Below the pieces are notes generated by a model. That model was given only the letters and a program-made list of their open reading frames with translations. It was not told the origin of the DNA and made no database searches. From NCBI GenBank assembly GCA_964351475.1, contig CAYGOB010000001.1, positions 4,459-68,458 on the forward strand: a stretch of DNA of 64,000 nucleotides. Direction: 5' to 3'. Every line of letters starts with the position of its first letter. Positions within the stretch are counted from its first letter, which is position 1. The position numbers and the translations under genes were made by a program. This DNA comes from an uncultured Candidatus Saccharibacteria bacterium (GTDB lineage: Bacteria > Patescibacteriota > Dojkabacteria > SC72). Below are positions 18,515 through 27,015 of the stretch, in pieces.

Positions 18515-19393
18515 ATGCAAAAAACAAACAAGAATAAAGAGATGACCAAGTTAGAAACAGTACTAATTATTTTGATAGCCATAGCAACTATTGGATCATT
18601 TCTGGCAGGAAGGGCAGTAGCAGAACAACATGAGGGTACTCCTAAAGCAGATTCAACCTCAATAATAAAACAACTATCCGATGACCTTACAGCACTAGGA
18701 TACGGTTCAACTGAACCAGGTAGTTGGGGCAATGCTGGTGAAATGTGGAATAGGATATATTCAGCAGGAGTATGGGTACCATCTTTAGCAGATGCTCAGG
18801 ACTCAGATGTAGTATCTGGAAAACAATTCTATTCAGGCTCTGACCGCACATTGAGAACAGGCTCTTTTCAAACTATAGATTGGGAGAAACAATCTCTACT
18901 TCAAATGGATAACAGGGATAGTACAGACTATGGAGAGACAAGTAGTTGGGACAAGACTAATAATAGCCCAGAGGTTTGGTATGATGAGGTAACAGGTTTG
19001 TATTGGAGTGCAAGTCAGGGTAGTATGGCAAATGATTTTGTAAGGTCTACCTGTGATTTTTACACTACAGTCCCAAGAGGAGATTATAATGGGGGGGATG
19101 AGAGTTGTGATGCCGCAATAAATCATTGTGCAACATTGAGCCTAGCTACACATACAAATGCTTCAGCAAAGACAGATTGGTATTTACCATCTCAGATAGA
19201 GTTAATGCAGGCATACATAAATGGAATATACAAGAAGACCAGTACTGGTTGGGTTACTACAAGCCAATTTTGGTCTAGTACCGAGTTTCAGAGTTATCCT
19301 ACTATTGCATGGGGCACTTACCTAGGTAATGGACAGACGAGCCCTCATACTAAGACCACGAGCCTCGCTGTTAGGTGTGTTCTCCGGGATTAA
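18515..19393 (+). CDS. DGR target (variable) protein: signal-anchored, with a C-terminal DUF1566 (Lcl-C / C-type-lectin-like) domain carrying the variable region.
   Basis: DUF1566 signature DWYLPSQIELMQAY...FWSSTE...AWGTYLGNG...TSLAVRCVLRD. The track ORF starts at 18335 inside repeat copy G, so the start is more likely the M at 18515 (MQKTNKNKEMTKLETVLIILIAIATIGSFLAG). The last 123 nt are homologous to the TR. Confidence 0.8.
   Translation: MQKTNKNKEMTKLETVLIILIAIATIGSFLAGRAVAEQHEGTPKADSTSIIKQLSDDLTALGYGSTEPGSWGNAGEMWNRIYSAGVWVPSLADAQDSDVVSGKQFYSGSDRTLRTGSFQTIDWEKQSLLQMDNRDSTDYGETSSWDKTNNSPEVWYDEVTGLYWSASQGSMANDFVRSTCDFYTTVPRGDYNGGDESCDAAINHCATLSLATHTNASAKTDWYLPSQIELMQAYINGIYKKTSTGWVTTSQFWSSTEFQSYPTIAWGTYLGNGQTSPHTKTTSLAVRCVLRD
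19267..19389 (+). other. DGR variable region (VR) at the 3' end of the target gene.
   Basis: 123-bp homology to 19721-19843. About 19 of 20 mismatches fall at positions that are A in the TR. The last 41 bp (19349-19389) are identical to the TR. Confidence 0.85.
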
Positions 19394-19483
19394 ATACTAT
19401 AGGGCGTTTGGTTGTGGGTATTTTAAATATTTCCCCTTTTTCTTTTTGTAATACCTATTTTAAAATCAAAACAACGCCCGATT

Positions 19484-19505
19484 TACAGTGTATTTATACA
19501 CTGTA
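19484..19505 (+). terminator. Perfect 9-bp palindrome hairpin downstream of the VR (tacagtgta-ttta-tacactgta) followed by an AT-rich tract.
   Basis: Seen directly. Weak intrinsic terminator for the target gene, or the DGR VR-proximal structural element. Confidence 0.35.
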
Positions 19506-19720
19506 ATTTAAAATTTAAAAAATTCCTTGCAACATACTAATTAATATGCAACAATTATCATAAGCAAGATCTTACAATCTCAACTCCAAAGATGAGCAAT
19601 GGGTTGTGAGGGAGGCATAATATTTAATCCTACTTGCTGTACCTATTAGGTAATGTTATACAAAGAATCTTCTGTTTAATACATCAGGTTCTTGGTGGAT
19701 TTAAAAATTAGCAAGTTTAG

Positions 19721-19843
19721 ATTTTGGTCTAGTACCGAGAATCAGAATAATACAACTAATGCATGGAACACTAACCTAAATAATGGAAATACGAACAATA
19801 ATACTAAGACCACGAGCCTCGCTGTTAGGTGTGTTCTCCGGGA
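19721..19843 (+). repeat. DGR template repeat (TR).
   Basis: Homologous to the VR. The TR is dense in AAT/AAC codons and reads FWSSTENQNNTTNAWNTNLNNGNTNNNTKTTSLAVRCVLRE in the VR frame. Track ORF 19692-19892 is this TR, not a gene. Confidence 0.85.
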
Positions 19844-19852
19844 GAAGATATT

Positions 19853-20215
19853 ATGCCTCAGGCAAATAATACAGACAAACCCTTATATTTAGCTGTGTAC
19901 AAGCTCATTATCTATCTGTATAGTATAGTTCACAATCTTCCAAAAGAACATAAGTATAGATTAGGAAATGACATCATAGACATTAGTTGGAAGACCCTAG
20001 ATTCCATAATGTACACAAATACATTAGGAAACGAAGATAAACATATCCAGATAAAGAAAACCTTAGCAATATTTAATACCTTAAAATATAGGTTAAGGGT
20101 TTTAAGTGATTTAAAACTCTTAAGTCATAGGCAATATGCACACATAATTAAACAAACGGTAGAAATAAATAAAATGCTAAGGGGTTGGTACAATTGGTCT
20201 AAAAAACTTGTATGA
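19853..20215 (+). CDS. avd: Avd-like accessory variability determinant (small four-helix-bundle protein).
   Basis: About 121 aa, basic and helical (YKLIIYLYSIVHNLPKEHKYRLGNDI...LKLLSHRQYAHIIKQTVEINKMLRGW). Sits immediately 3' of the TR, the position typical of DGR avd. Start chosen at the M after a GGGAGAAG SD-like stretch. Confidence 0.55.
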   Translation: MPQANNTDKPLYLAVYKLIIYLYSIVHNLPKEHKYRLGNDIIDISWKTLDSIMYTNTLGNEDKHIQIKKTLAIFNTLKYRLRVLSDLKLLSHRQYAHIIKQTVEINKMLRGWYNWSKKLV

Positions 20216-21382
20216 GTCTTGAGGTTCTAAATAGGACTTCAGTATCCCAAAATGCTTTTCATATATATTCTTCCTTAAACGATACGAGTTACTCCATCTT
20301 AGGTGTCCAAAAGTAGAGTTAATACTTGTACAGATAGATTCAAGATCTTCTTTAGAAGGAGGTAATTTAATCTGGACAGCCTCTTCAATACAAAAACGTC
20401 TGTTTATGAGAAAACCGTTATTAAAGTAATGTAATTTTTTCTTCAGATTTCCAACTGTCCTGTTTCTGGATAGTATATATTCTGGTCTAATAACATATCC
20501 TACAAAATCAATCCCCTGATACACGCTACCATAGGTGGTTTTTTCTTTCTTTGTATTTAGTTTTAATTTTTCTAAAAGAAAATTCTCTGTTAGTTTCTCT
20601 GCTTTTTGTAATTCTTTTATGTTATTACTAATCAAAAGCATGTCATCGGCGTATCTTAAATAGTATTTGATTTTTAATTGACGCTTAATGAATTGATCTA
20701 CTTCATTTAGATACAAATTAGCAAAAAACTGTGAAGTCAAGTTCCCTATAGCTAAACCTTTCTTTTTGGGTATAGTAAAGAGGCTTTTACCTTTGGGTAG
20801 AAGCTGTAAGAGTGTTTTGTCTCCCTGTAATTCGAAGTCTTGGCAGGGGTTGTGATAAATGATCTTCATAGAAAGCCACGTTAGGTCGTCAATATCTTTT
20901 GTTGGCATAGGAAGTTTTGAGAGATCCTTCAAAAGTATTTGAGCAAGTATATCTTTATCTATGGAGTAGAAGAAACTTCTAATATCCATTTTAAGGTAAT
21001 ATGCTTTAGAGGTATTATTATGTGTGATCTTATTAAGAAAACTAGATGTTCGTTGAACACCTAGTAAGCCACCTTTATTTTTTCTACAAGCAAGAGAGTC
21101 AAAGATAAATTTTTTATCTATTTCATCTTGAATGTACATGATTAGTAAGTGATGAATAATTCTGTCGTTAAAGTAGGCGGCAAATATTTCACGAATGGTA
21201 GGGTAAGATATTACAAAGCATGAGGAGGTCCCTATTTCATAACTTTTTTCTCTGAGAGCAGTTGATAGGATGTGGAGGGTGTCTTCATAATCTAATTCAC
21301 AATAGAGTGCATGATTACTATTTCTTTTGCCTTTTCTACAAGAATAATATGCTCTAAGTAAGGATGAGAGATTAAAAATCAT
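20177..21382 (-). CDS. DGR reverse transcriptase.
   Basis: RT motifs: LAIGNLTSQFFANLYLNEVD (the DGR-specific I/LGxxxSQ motif 4, in place of the group II intron QGxxxSP) and YLRYADDMLLI (YADD catalytic box). 401 aa. Adjacent to the TR/avd. Confidence 0.9.
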   Translation of the reverse strand: MIFNLSSLLRAYYSCRKGKRNSNHALYCELDYEDTLHILSTALREKSYEIGTSSCFVISYPTIREIFAAYFNDRIIHHLLIMYIQDEIDKKFIFDSLACRKNKGGLLGVQRTSSFLNKITHNNTSKAYYLKMDIRSFFYSIDKDILAQILLKDLSKLPMPTKDIDDLTWLSMKIIYHNPCQDFELQGDKTLLQLLPKGKSLFTIPKKKGLAIGNLTSQFFANLYLNEVDQFIKRQLKIKYYLRYADDMLLISNNIKELQKAEKLTENFLLEKLKLNTKKEKTTYGSVYQGIDFVGYVIRPEYILSRNRTVGNLKKKLHYFNNGFLINRRFCIEEAVQIKLPPSKEDLESICTSINSTFGHLRWSNSYRLRKNIYEKHFGILKSYLEPQDSYKFFRPIVPTP

Positions 21383-21534
21383 CTCTGATATTATATCATT
21401 AGGTCCTTGGGATTAACACAAAACTAATTTTCTTCTATTTGCCGTACTCTATTTTTAAAAAGACTCAATGTGTTAAACTCTATATAGTCTGTATTCTTGT
21501 CTTTTAAGCGATCTAATGCTAAACTTTTTCTAAC

Positions 21535-24500
21535 ATGAAAAAACCTGTCCGGATAAATATAAAAATACCAGCATTAACGTTACTCCTCTTCGCTATTATA
21601 GGTATATCAATATTCTTCCTCTCCAGAGTATATGCTACCAACCAAACTCCAATTAAAGGAAGTGCTACTGTACTAAATACCTCTAATGAAATATTCTTTA
21701 CCTCTAGTGTATATGGAGCTAACGTAGTAATATCGGATCCAGACCCCGAAGATGAAAACAAACGTACAATCTCTGGATATGCATGGTCTCAAGATATTGG
21801 GTGGATAAAGTTTACTGCAGGAGAATCCCCTGGGGTATTTGTAGATTATGCAACAGGACAAGTAAGTGGTTCTGCCCATGTAATGAACACAGGTAATGAA
21901 ATTAAATTTGATTCTAACAACAGTAATACAATTGTTAATACAAATACTGGAGTATTTAGTGGATATGTTTGGTCTGAGGATGTAGGGTGGATAGATTTGG
22001 GAACAGACCAAGTATATGTCCAAGACACACTACCTCCTCACAACCCAGATGAAATATCAATATATTCAGATGGAAGTAGAACAAAAGAGATTGTGATTTT
22101 GGAAGGAAATGTTTACAACTACAGTAATCCCCATATAGAGTGGGAAGAACCCATAGATCCCAGCACAGAATCTCACGGTTATCAGTCTAGTGGCATATCA
22201 GGATACTACGTATATTGGGGGCCAAGTAATACAGCTATACCCACAAGCTCAGGTACTTTTCAAACAGATAATTACATAGATGTAGAAGTAACCCAAAGTG
22301 GTATGCACTACTTAAACATTCAAGCAGTAGACAATCACGGAAATATACATACCAATCCTGAACATGAATATACTGTTTTAGAGTACAAAGCAGACATTAT
22401 TCCCCCAACCAATGTTAAATACATAACTACACCAAGTGGAAATTTTGGAAATGTTAATGACATGTTCTTTAGTTGGCCAAGTGCTCCAGGAGTAGCAAGC
22501 AGTGATGAAAATGGAATACTCGGATGGCAGTACAGTCTTAACGATGTCAGCAGTTGGACAGGAACCCACGAAAGTGAAAGATTTGACCTTGAGTACATAC
22601 CATTTGAAGATACTACCTACTCCCACTACTTTACAGAAGAAAAAGACCTGGGAAATATGGTAGTAGGTAACAACATCATATATTTTAGAACCATAGACAA
22701 TGCAGGCAATTTTAGTGGGTATATATCTGGAGGAATCTCATACGGAGGTTTGGCTCCTACCTTTGGAGAAGAACACAATGTGACTGTAACTCCCAACACC
22801 AACACCTCTAACGAATTCTCTCTCTCATGGCCCTCTGCCACACCAGAGGAGGGAAGAACCATAGTCTCATATTACTATATGATAAATAGAACACCTCCTA
22901 GCACATACAATACTTTAGTAGACAACCCCTCTCTTTATGTCCCTGTTACAACAACATCTGTATCTACAAGGATGTTAAACGGAGCCGTAAAAGGAAGCAA
23001 CACAGTATATGTCGTAGCTGTAGATGACTTAGATGGATACTCTCCAAGCAACTTTATTACTGGCACATTTACCCTTAACAGCACTCTCCCAGACCCTGTA
23101 ATTAACCTAAGTATAGCAGACACCTCAATACGTGAAGCCAAACTATGGAGAGCAAGTTTAACTTGGGAGGCTCCTGCTTACAAAGGAGATGGTAACCTCT
23201 CCTACGTTATACAAAGAAGCCTAAATGGTAGTACATGGGCTACGGTAGGTTCAACAACAGGAACGTCATTTTCTGACATTGTCCCAGAAAGTAGAACATA
23301 CTATTACAGAATAGGGGTCTCTGATGGTTCTGACCAAAGCATAGCAAATCCAACCCCCTCAACCACAGTATCCTCCTTTATTCAAGGAAGATACACAGAA
23401 GCACCAGAGTTACTCTCTGGAATCATAGTATCTAATGTCGGAACAAGAAAAGCTACAATATCGTGGGTAACAAGTAGAGAAAGTGATACTAAAATTGCAT
23501 TCGGACTAAGTAGTAATGACTACTTTGAAGAAGAAGTATACAGTTCAAAACAGGTAACAGAGCATGAAATAACGCTACATAATCTCCAACCTGAAACGAC
23601 ATACTACTTCAAAGCCAGATGGACAGACCAAGACGGCAATACAGGAGAAAGCAAAGAAGTCTCCTTTAGAACAACTGACTCTCCCCAAGTTTACTCTTCA
23701 AATGTAGATATGGTTGGGCTAGATTATGCCATAATATCCTTTGAGGTCTTTGGTGCTAGCAAAGCAGCCGTAGTATATGGAAGGTCTCTAGCATATACAG
23801 CAATTGAAGAGATAAACACCTCTCCTGCAAGAAGCAAATACTCTGTAGTTTTGGAAGACCTAGACGATGGGGTTGAATACAATTTCAAAATTAGGTTAAC
23901 AGATGCAGATGGATATATCTATGACTCCATAGAAAACAACGTCTTTAGAACACCTCCTAGACCACAGATATCGAATGTACGAGTACAAGAATTAAGAGAG
24001 GTAGCAAGTCCCACAGTCGTATTTAGTTGGGAAACAAATACACATACTAACTCAATAGTTAGATTTAGAGAAGATTTTGAAGGTGCAAGAGAAAGAGACC
24101 AAGTAAGTATGGAAAAAATAAAGGGAGAGCATGAGATGACATTAACAGGACTGGATTCAGAAACCCCATATATTGCCTATGTAGAAGGAGTAGATGACTA
24201 TGGTAACAAAGCAGTATCCGAGGGCGTGAGATTTACTACCGATGTAGATACCAGGCCGCCTAAAATATTGAATGTGAAAATTGAGCAGGACTTACAAGGT
24301 CGCTCTGTACAAACTGACAGAAGCAGAAGTGCCCAATTCATTATTAGTTGGGAAACGGATGAACCAGCAACAAGCAAGATAAATTATGGAGAAGGAGGGG
24401 GAGGAGCATATACCTCTAGTTCAAGATTAGACCAAGAGTACAGAATGAAACATCTTGTCATAGTATCTGGTCTAACACCTTCAAAAGTATATAGTTTAGA

Positions 24501-24630
24501 AATTGAATCCACCGATCCATCAGGAAACACAGGCAGATACGGTCCACTAGTATCCATAACTCCAAAATCTGCTAATACTGTTTTAGAAACAATACTCAAT
24601 ACTATGTCAAATATGTTTAATATATTCTAA
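21535..24630 (+). CDS. Large (1031 aa) secreted Fn3/PAP-N-repeat surface protein, paralogous to the C-terminal half of ORF 8444-14692.
   Basis: Signal anchor (ALTLLLFAIIGISIFFL). Collinear similarity to 8444-14692, for example IPPTNVKYITTPSGNFGNVNDMFFSWPS...GWQYSLND...YFRTIDNAGNFS...SYYYMINRTPPSTY...TGTFTLNST, and four ATISWVTSRESDTKIAFG-type domains. Its stop overlaps the start of the downstream ABC gene. Confidence 0.8.
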   Translation: MKKPVRINIKIPALTLLLFAIIGISIFFLSRVYATNQTPIKGSATVLNTSNEIFFTSSVYGANVVISDPDPEDENKRTISGYAWSQDIGWIKFTAGESPGVFVDYATGQVSGSAHVMNTGNEIKFDSNNSNTIVNTNTGVFSGYVWSEDVGWIDLGTDQVYVQDTLPPHNPDEISIYSDGSRTKEIVILEGNVYNYSNPHIEWEEPIDPSTESHGYQSSGISGYYVYWGPSNTAIPTSSGTFQTDNYIDVEVTQSGMHYLNIQAVDNHGNIHTNPEHEYTVLEYKADIIPPTNVKYITTPSGNFGNVNDMFFSWPSAPGVASSDENGILGWQYSLNDVSSWTGTHESERFDLEYIPFEDTTYSHYFTEEKDLGNMVVGNNIIYFRTIDNAGNFSGYISGGISYGGLAPTFGEEHNVTVTPNTNTSNEFSLSWPSATPEEGRTIVSYYYMINRTPPSTYNTLVDNPSLYVPVTTTSVSTRMLNGAVKGSNTVYVVAVDDLDGYSPSNFITGTFTLNSTLPDPVINLSIADTSIREAKLWRASLTWEAPAYKGDGNLSYVIQRSLNGSTWATVGSTTGTSFSDIVPESRTYYYRIGVSDGSDQSIANPTPSTTVSSFIQGRYTEAPELLSGIIVSNVGTRKATISWVTSRESDTKIAFGLSSNDYFEEEVYSSKQVTEHEITLHNLQPETTYYFKARWTDQDGNTGESKEVSFRTTDSPQVYSSNVDMVGLDYAIISFEVFGASKAAVVYGRSLAYTAIEEINTSPARSKYSVVLEDLDDGVEYNFKIRLTDADGYIYDSIENNVFRTPPRPQISNVRVQELREVASPTVVFSWETNTHTNSIVRFREDFEGARERDQVSMEKIKGEHEMTLTGLDSETPYIAYVEGVDDYGNKAVSEGVRFTTDVDTRPPKILNVKIEQDLQGRSVQTDRSRSAQFIISWETDEPATSKINYGEGGGGAYTSSSRLDQEYRMKHLVIVSGLTPSKVYSLEIESTDPSGNTGRYGPLVSITPKSANTVLETILNTMSNMFNIF

Positions 24631-26777
24631 TGCCAAAAAAGAAACTAATAAGTGTTAAAAATATAAATAAGAGCTTTCTCCTAGGTAAAAGAAGAAACAA
24701 TGTTCTTAAAGATATAAATCTAGATATCTATTCTGGTCAACTAACAAATATCTTTGGACCATCAGGATGTGGTAAATCTACACTTCTAAACGTCATCATG
24801 GGTATAGAGAAGCCAGATACAGGCATTGTAAAGATACATGACGAAGATCTATGGAAGAAAAACACCGACGAACAAGCAGACATAAGAAAAAGAGAAATTG
24901 GAATAGTATATCAACAACAAAACTGGGTAAGGTCATTGACAGTCATAGAAAACGTTGCTCTTTCTGCACAGCTCTTAGGGTTTGGTAAGGCAGAATCCTT
25001 ACAAAGGGCACAAGAGGTATTAAAAGAAGTGGGAATGTTTAAATTTAGAAACTTCTACACCTCAGAACTCTCCTCAGGAGAACAACAAAGGGTTGGTTTA
25101 GCAAGAGCCCTCATAGCCGACCCAGAAATTATCCTAGCAGATGAGCCAACAGGGAACCTGGATACAGAAAATGGGGATGAGGTTGTTAAAATATTGAAGA
25201 GTTTAGCTAAAAAAGGCAAAGCTGTAGTTTTAGTAAGTCACAATCCCGAATATTTGGACACTTCTGACACTATAGTAATTATGAAAGATGGCTATATCAT
25301 TGACTCTCTCAAACAACAAGAGGGAATTGTAAAAAAAGTTAGAACTATTTTAGCCCAAACAGAATTAAACAACGAAGAGAAAATCTTTGAAAATGCTAGG
25401 AGCAAACCAAACATATCTCAACCATACTATCCCACAGAAACCCTATTTGAGAAAATCAAAGTATATTCTAGGTTAATTTACAGCTTCTTTTACAAATCTT
25501 TGCTACTTTTTGTAATATCTGCTCTTACAATTTTCAATCCTACTAAAGCAGAAGAATTTAGAAAGAAAGCAACTGTTACAGGGGAGAATAATATCCCTAT
25601 CCTAGATCTAACAGAGCTCTCTTTTAAAAACCTTTTCTTTAAAAAATTCAGAACGGTAGTAACAATATTGGGAGTAGGATTAGGTACGGGTTTTGTAGTT
25701 TTACTTCTCTCACTGGGTTACGGTATGGAGAGGTTAGTTATTGATCAGATAACAGCGGCAGAAGACTTAAGTCAGGTTGATGTTTTTCCTAAAGTTGGAA
25801 GCCAATTAGAACTAACCGATGCACTTATTGAGAAGATTGCAGGTATATCTGGAATAGATACAATATATAGAATAAAAAACTTCCCAGGGAGGATAGATTA
25901 CAAAGGCTCTACAGTAGATGTAGTAGTGTATGGAGTAGAGTTTGAATATTTAGAAAATTCTCCTGTTAGAAAAGTGGCAGGTGAATTCTTAGAAGAAGAG
26001 TCAGACAAATACTCTGCAATTGTTAACAAAGAATATGTTGATTTACTAGGGTTGTTGGGGGATGACGTAGTAGGAGAGAGATTAGATTTAAGTGTCATTC
26101 AGTCCATGCCACAGGAAGACAGTGAGCCTCAAAACATTCTAGCCCAGGTATTAGGTGTTGTTGAAGATGATTCTCCTCCTGTCGTATATCTTAAAATGGG
26201 CTCAGTTAGGGACTATACCACTGATGAGTATTCTGAATTGACAATAGTTGTTAACAGAGATGTTTCCTTGGAGGTAGTTAGAAAGCAGATAGAGTCTTTA
26301 GGGTTAGAGACTTTTTCTGTAATGGATACAATAGAGCAAGTACAAAACATTTTCACCTATGTAAGATATGGGTTGTTAGGTTTTGGGGTATTGGCTTTTG
26401 CCATAGCATTTTTAGGTATGATAAATACATTGGTTGTTTCATTACTTGAAAGAACTAGAGAGGTTGGGTTATTAAAAATTATTGGTATGAAGAGAAATGA
26501 TATTAGGTTTTTGTTCATAATTGAGTCTATGTTTATTGGACTTTTGGGGGGTATAACAGGTGTTATTCTGGGTGTTCTTGGTGGATATTTAGTATCTATA
26601 CTGATATATCTTTTCTCAATGTCAAGAGGTGTAGAGTTTATGATAATTTCATCTTTCCCCCTCCTTATGATGATACTTGTTGTTTTTTGTACAACGATGT
26701 TAGGTTTCTTTACAGGTCTTTACCCAGCAAATAGGGCTGTTAAGATACCTCCTCTTGATGCAATTAGGTATGAGTAA
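24630..26777 (+). CDS. MacB-type ABC exporter, fused ATPase plus FtsX-permease.
   Basis: N-terminal Walker [10 protein letters not shown], signature [15 protein letters not shown], Walker [13 protein letters not shown]-terminal FtsX signature [31 protein letters not shown]. Translationally coupled to the upstream gene (TAATG). Confidence 0.85.
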   Translation: MPKKKLISVKNINKSFLLGKRRNNVLKDINLDIYSGQLTNIFGPSGCGKSTLLNVIMGIEKPDTGIVKIHDEDLWKKNTDEQADIRKREIGIVYQQQNWVRSLTVIENVALSAQLLGFGKAESLQRAQEVLKEVGMFKFRNFYTSELSSGEQQRVGLARALIADPEIILADEPTGNLDTENGDEVVKILKSLAKKGKAVVLVSHNPEYLDTSDTIVIMKDGYIIDSLKQQEGIVKKVRTILAQTELNNEEKIFENARSKPNISQPYYPTETLFEKIKVYSRLIYSFFYKSLLLFVISALTIFNPTKAEEFRKKATVTGENNIPILDLTELSFKNLFFKKFRTVVTILGVGLGTGFVVLLLSLGYGMERLVIDQITAAEDLSQVDVFPKVGSQLELTDALIEKIAGISGIDTIYRIKNFPGRIDYKGSTVDVVVYGVEFEYLENSPVRKVAGEFLEEESDKYSAIVNKEYVDLLGLLGDDVVGERLDLSVIQSMPQEDSEPQNILAQVLGVVEDDSPPVVYLKMGSVRDYTTDEYSELTIVVNRDVSLEVVRKQIESLGLETFSVMDTIEQVQNIFTYVRYGLLGFGVLAFAIAFLGMINTLVVSLLERTREVGLLKIIGMKRNDIRFLFIIESMFIGLLGGITGVILGVLGGYLVSILIYLFSMSRGVEFMIISSFPLLMMILVVFCTTMLGFFTGLYPANRAVKIPPLDAIRYE

Positions 26778-26988
26778 AGAGTTTATGAACGGATTAGATT
26801 GTTTTAAACTATACCTGTACGATAGAAAGAACTTTTAGTTAGGGTACATAAGGCTTTCACCTTCGAACCGAGAGCTCTTAAAAACATCTCTTTTTTGACT
26901 ATTTTCATCCACCAGACCTTATTTTTGAGAACATCTCTTTTTTAGCATTAAATAACTCAATCCCCATAAGGGTTTTAAAACATAGTGT

Positions 26989-27015
26989 ACAGGTCTATAA
27001 GGAACCAGAGGATAT
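26989..27015 (+). repeat. Left-half-only copy (H) of the interspersed repeat, directly abutting the 3' end of tRNA-Asp.
   Basis: acaggtctataaggaaccagaggatat, then tggcgg, which is the reverse complement of the tRNA CCGCCA 3' end. Confidence 0.6.

Noticed and set aside
19692-19892. 66-aa ORF (MVDLKISKFRFWSSTENQNNTTNAWNTNLNNGNTNNNTKTTSLAVRCVLRE...).
   Set aside because: It is the DGR template repeat read in the VR frame. It has no RBS or start context, is Asn-codon saturated, and its 3' end is identical to the end of the target gene. It is not a protein-coding gene.
20177-21382. The RT as a group II intron maturase or retron RT.
   Set aside because: It has IGNLTSQ where a group II intron RT has QGxxxSP. 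There is no flanking intron RNA domain structure or X/En domains. A TR/VR pair with A-specific mismatches and an avd-like gene sit right next to it, so it is a DGR.
4272-27015. The repeats as attL/attR relics of serial tRNA-Asp-targeted integrative elements.
   Set aside because: This was only partly rejected. No integrase is visible in the block, and the right halves are much more similar to one another than to the tRNA-Asp 3' end (about 68%). They also sit in a promoter-like position before + strand genes. The promoter-module reading is favoured, and the att hypothesis is kept as an alternative in the findings.
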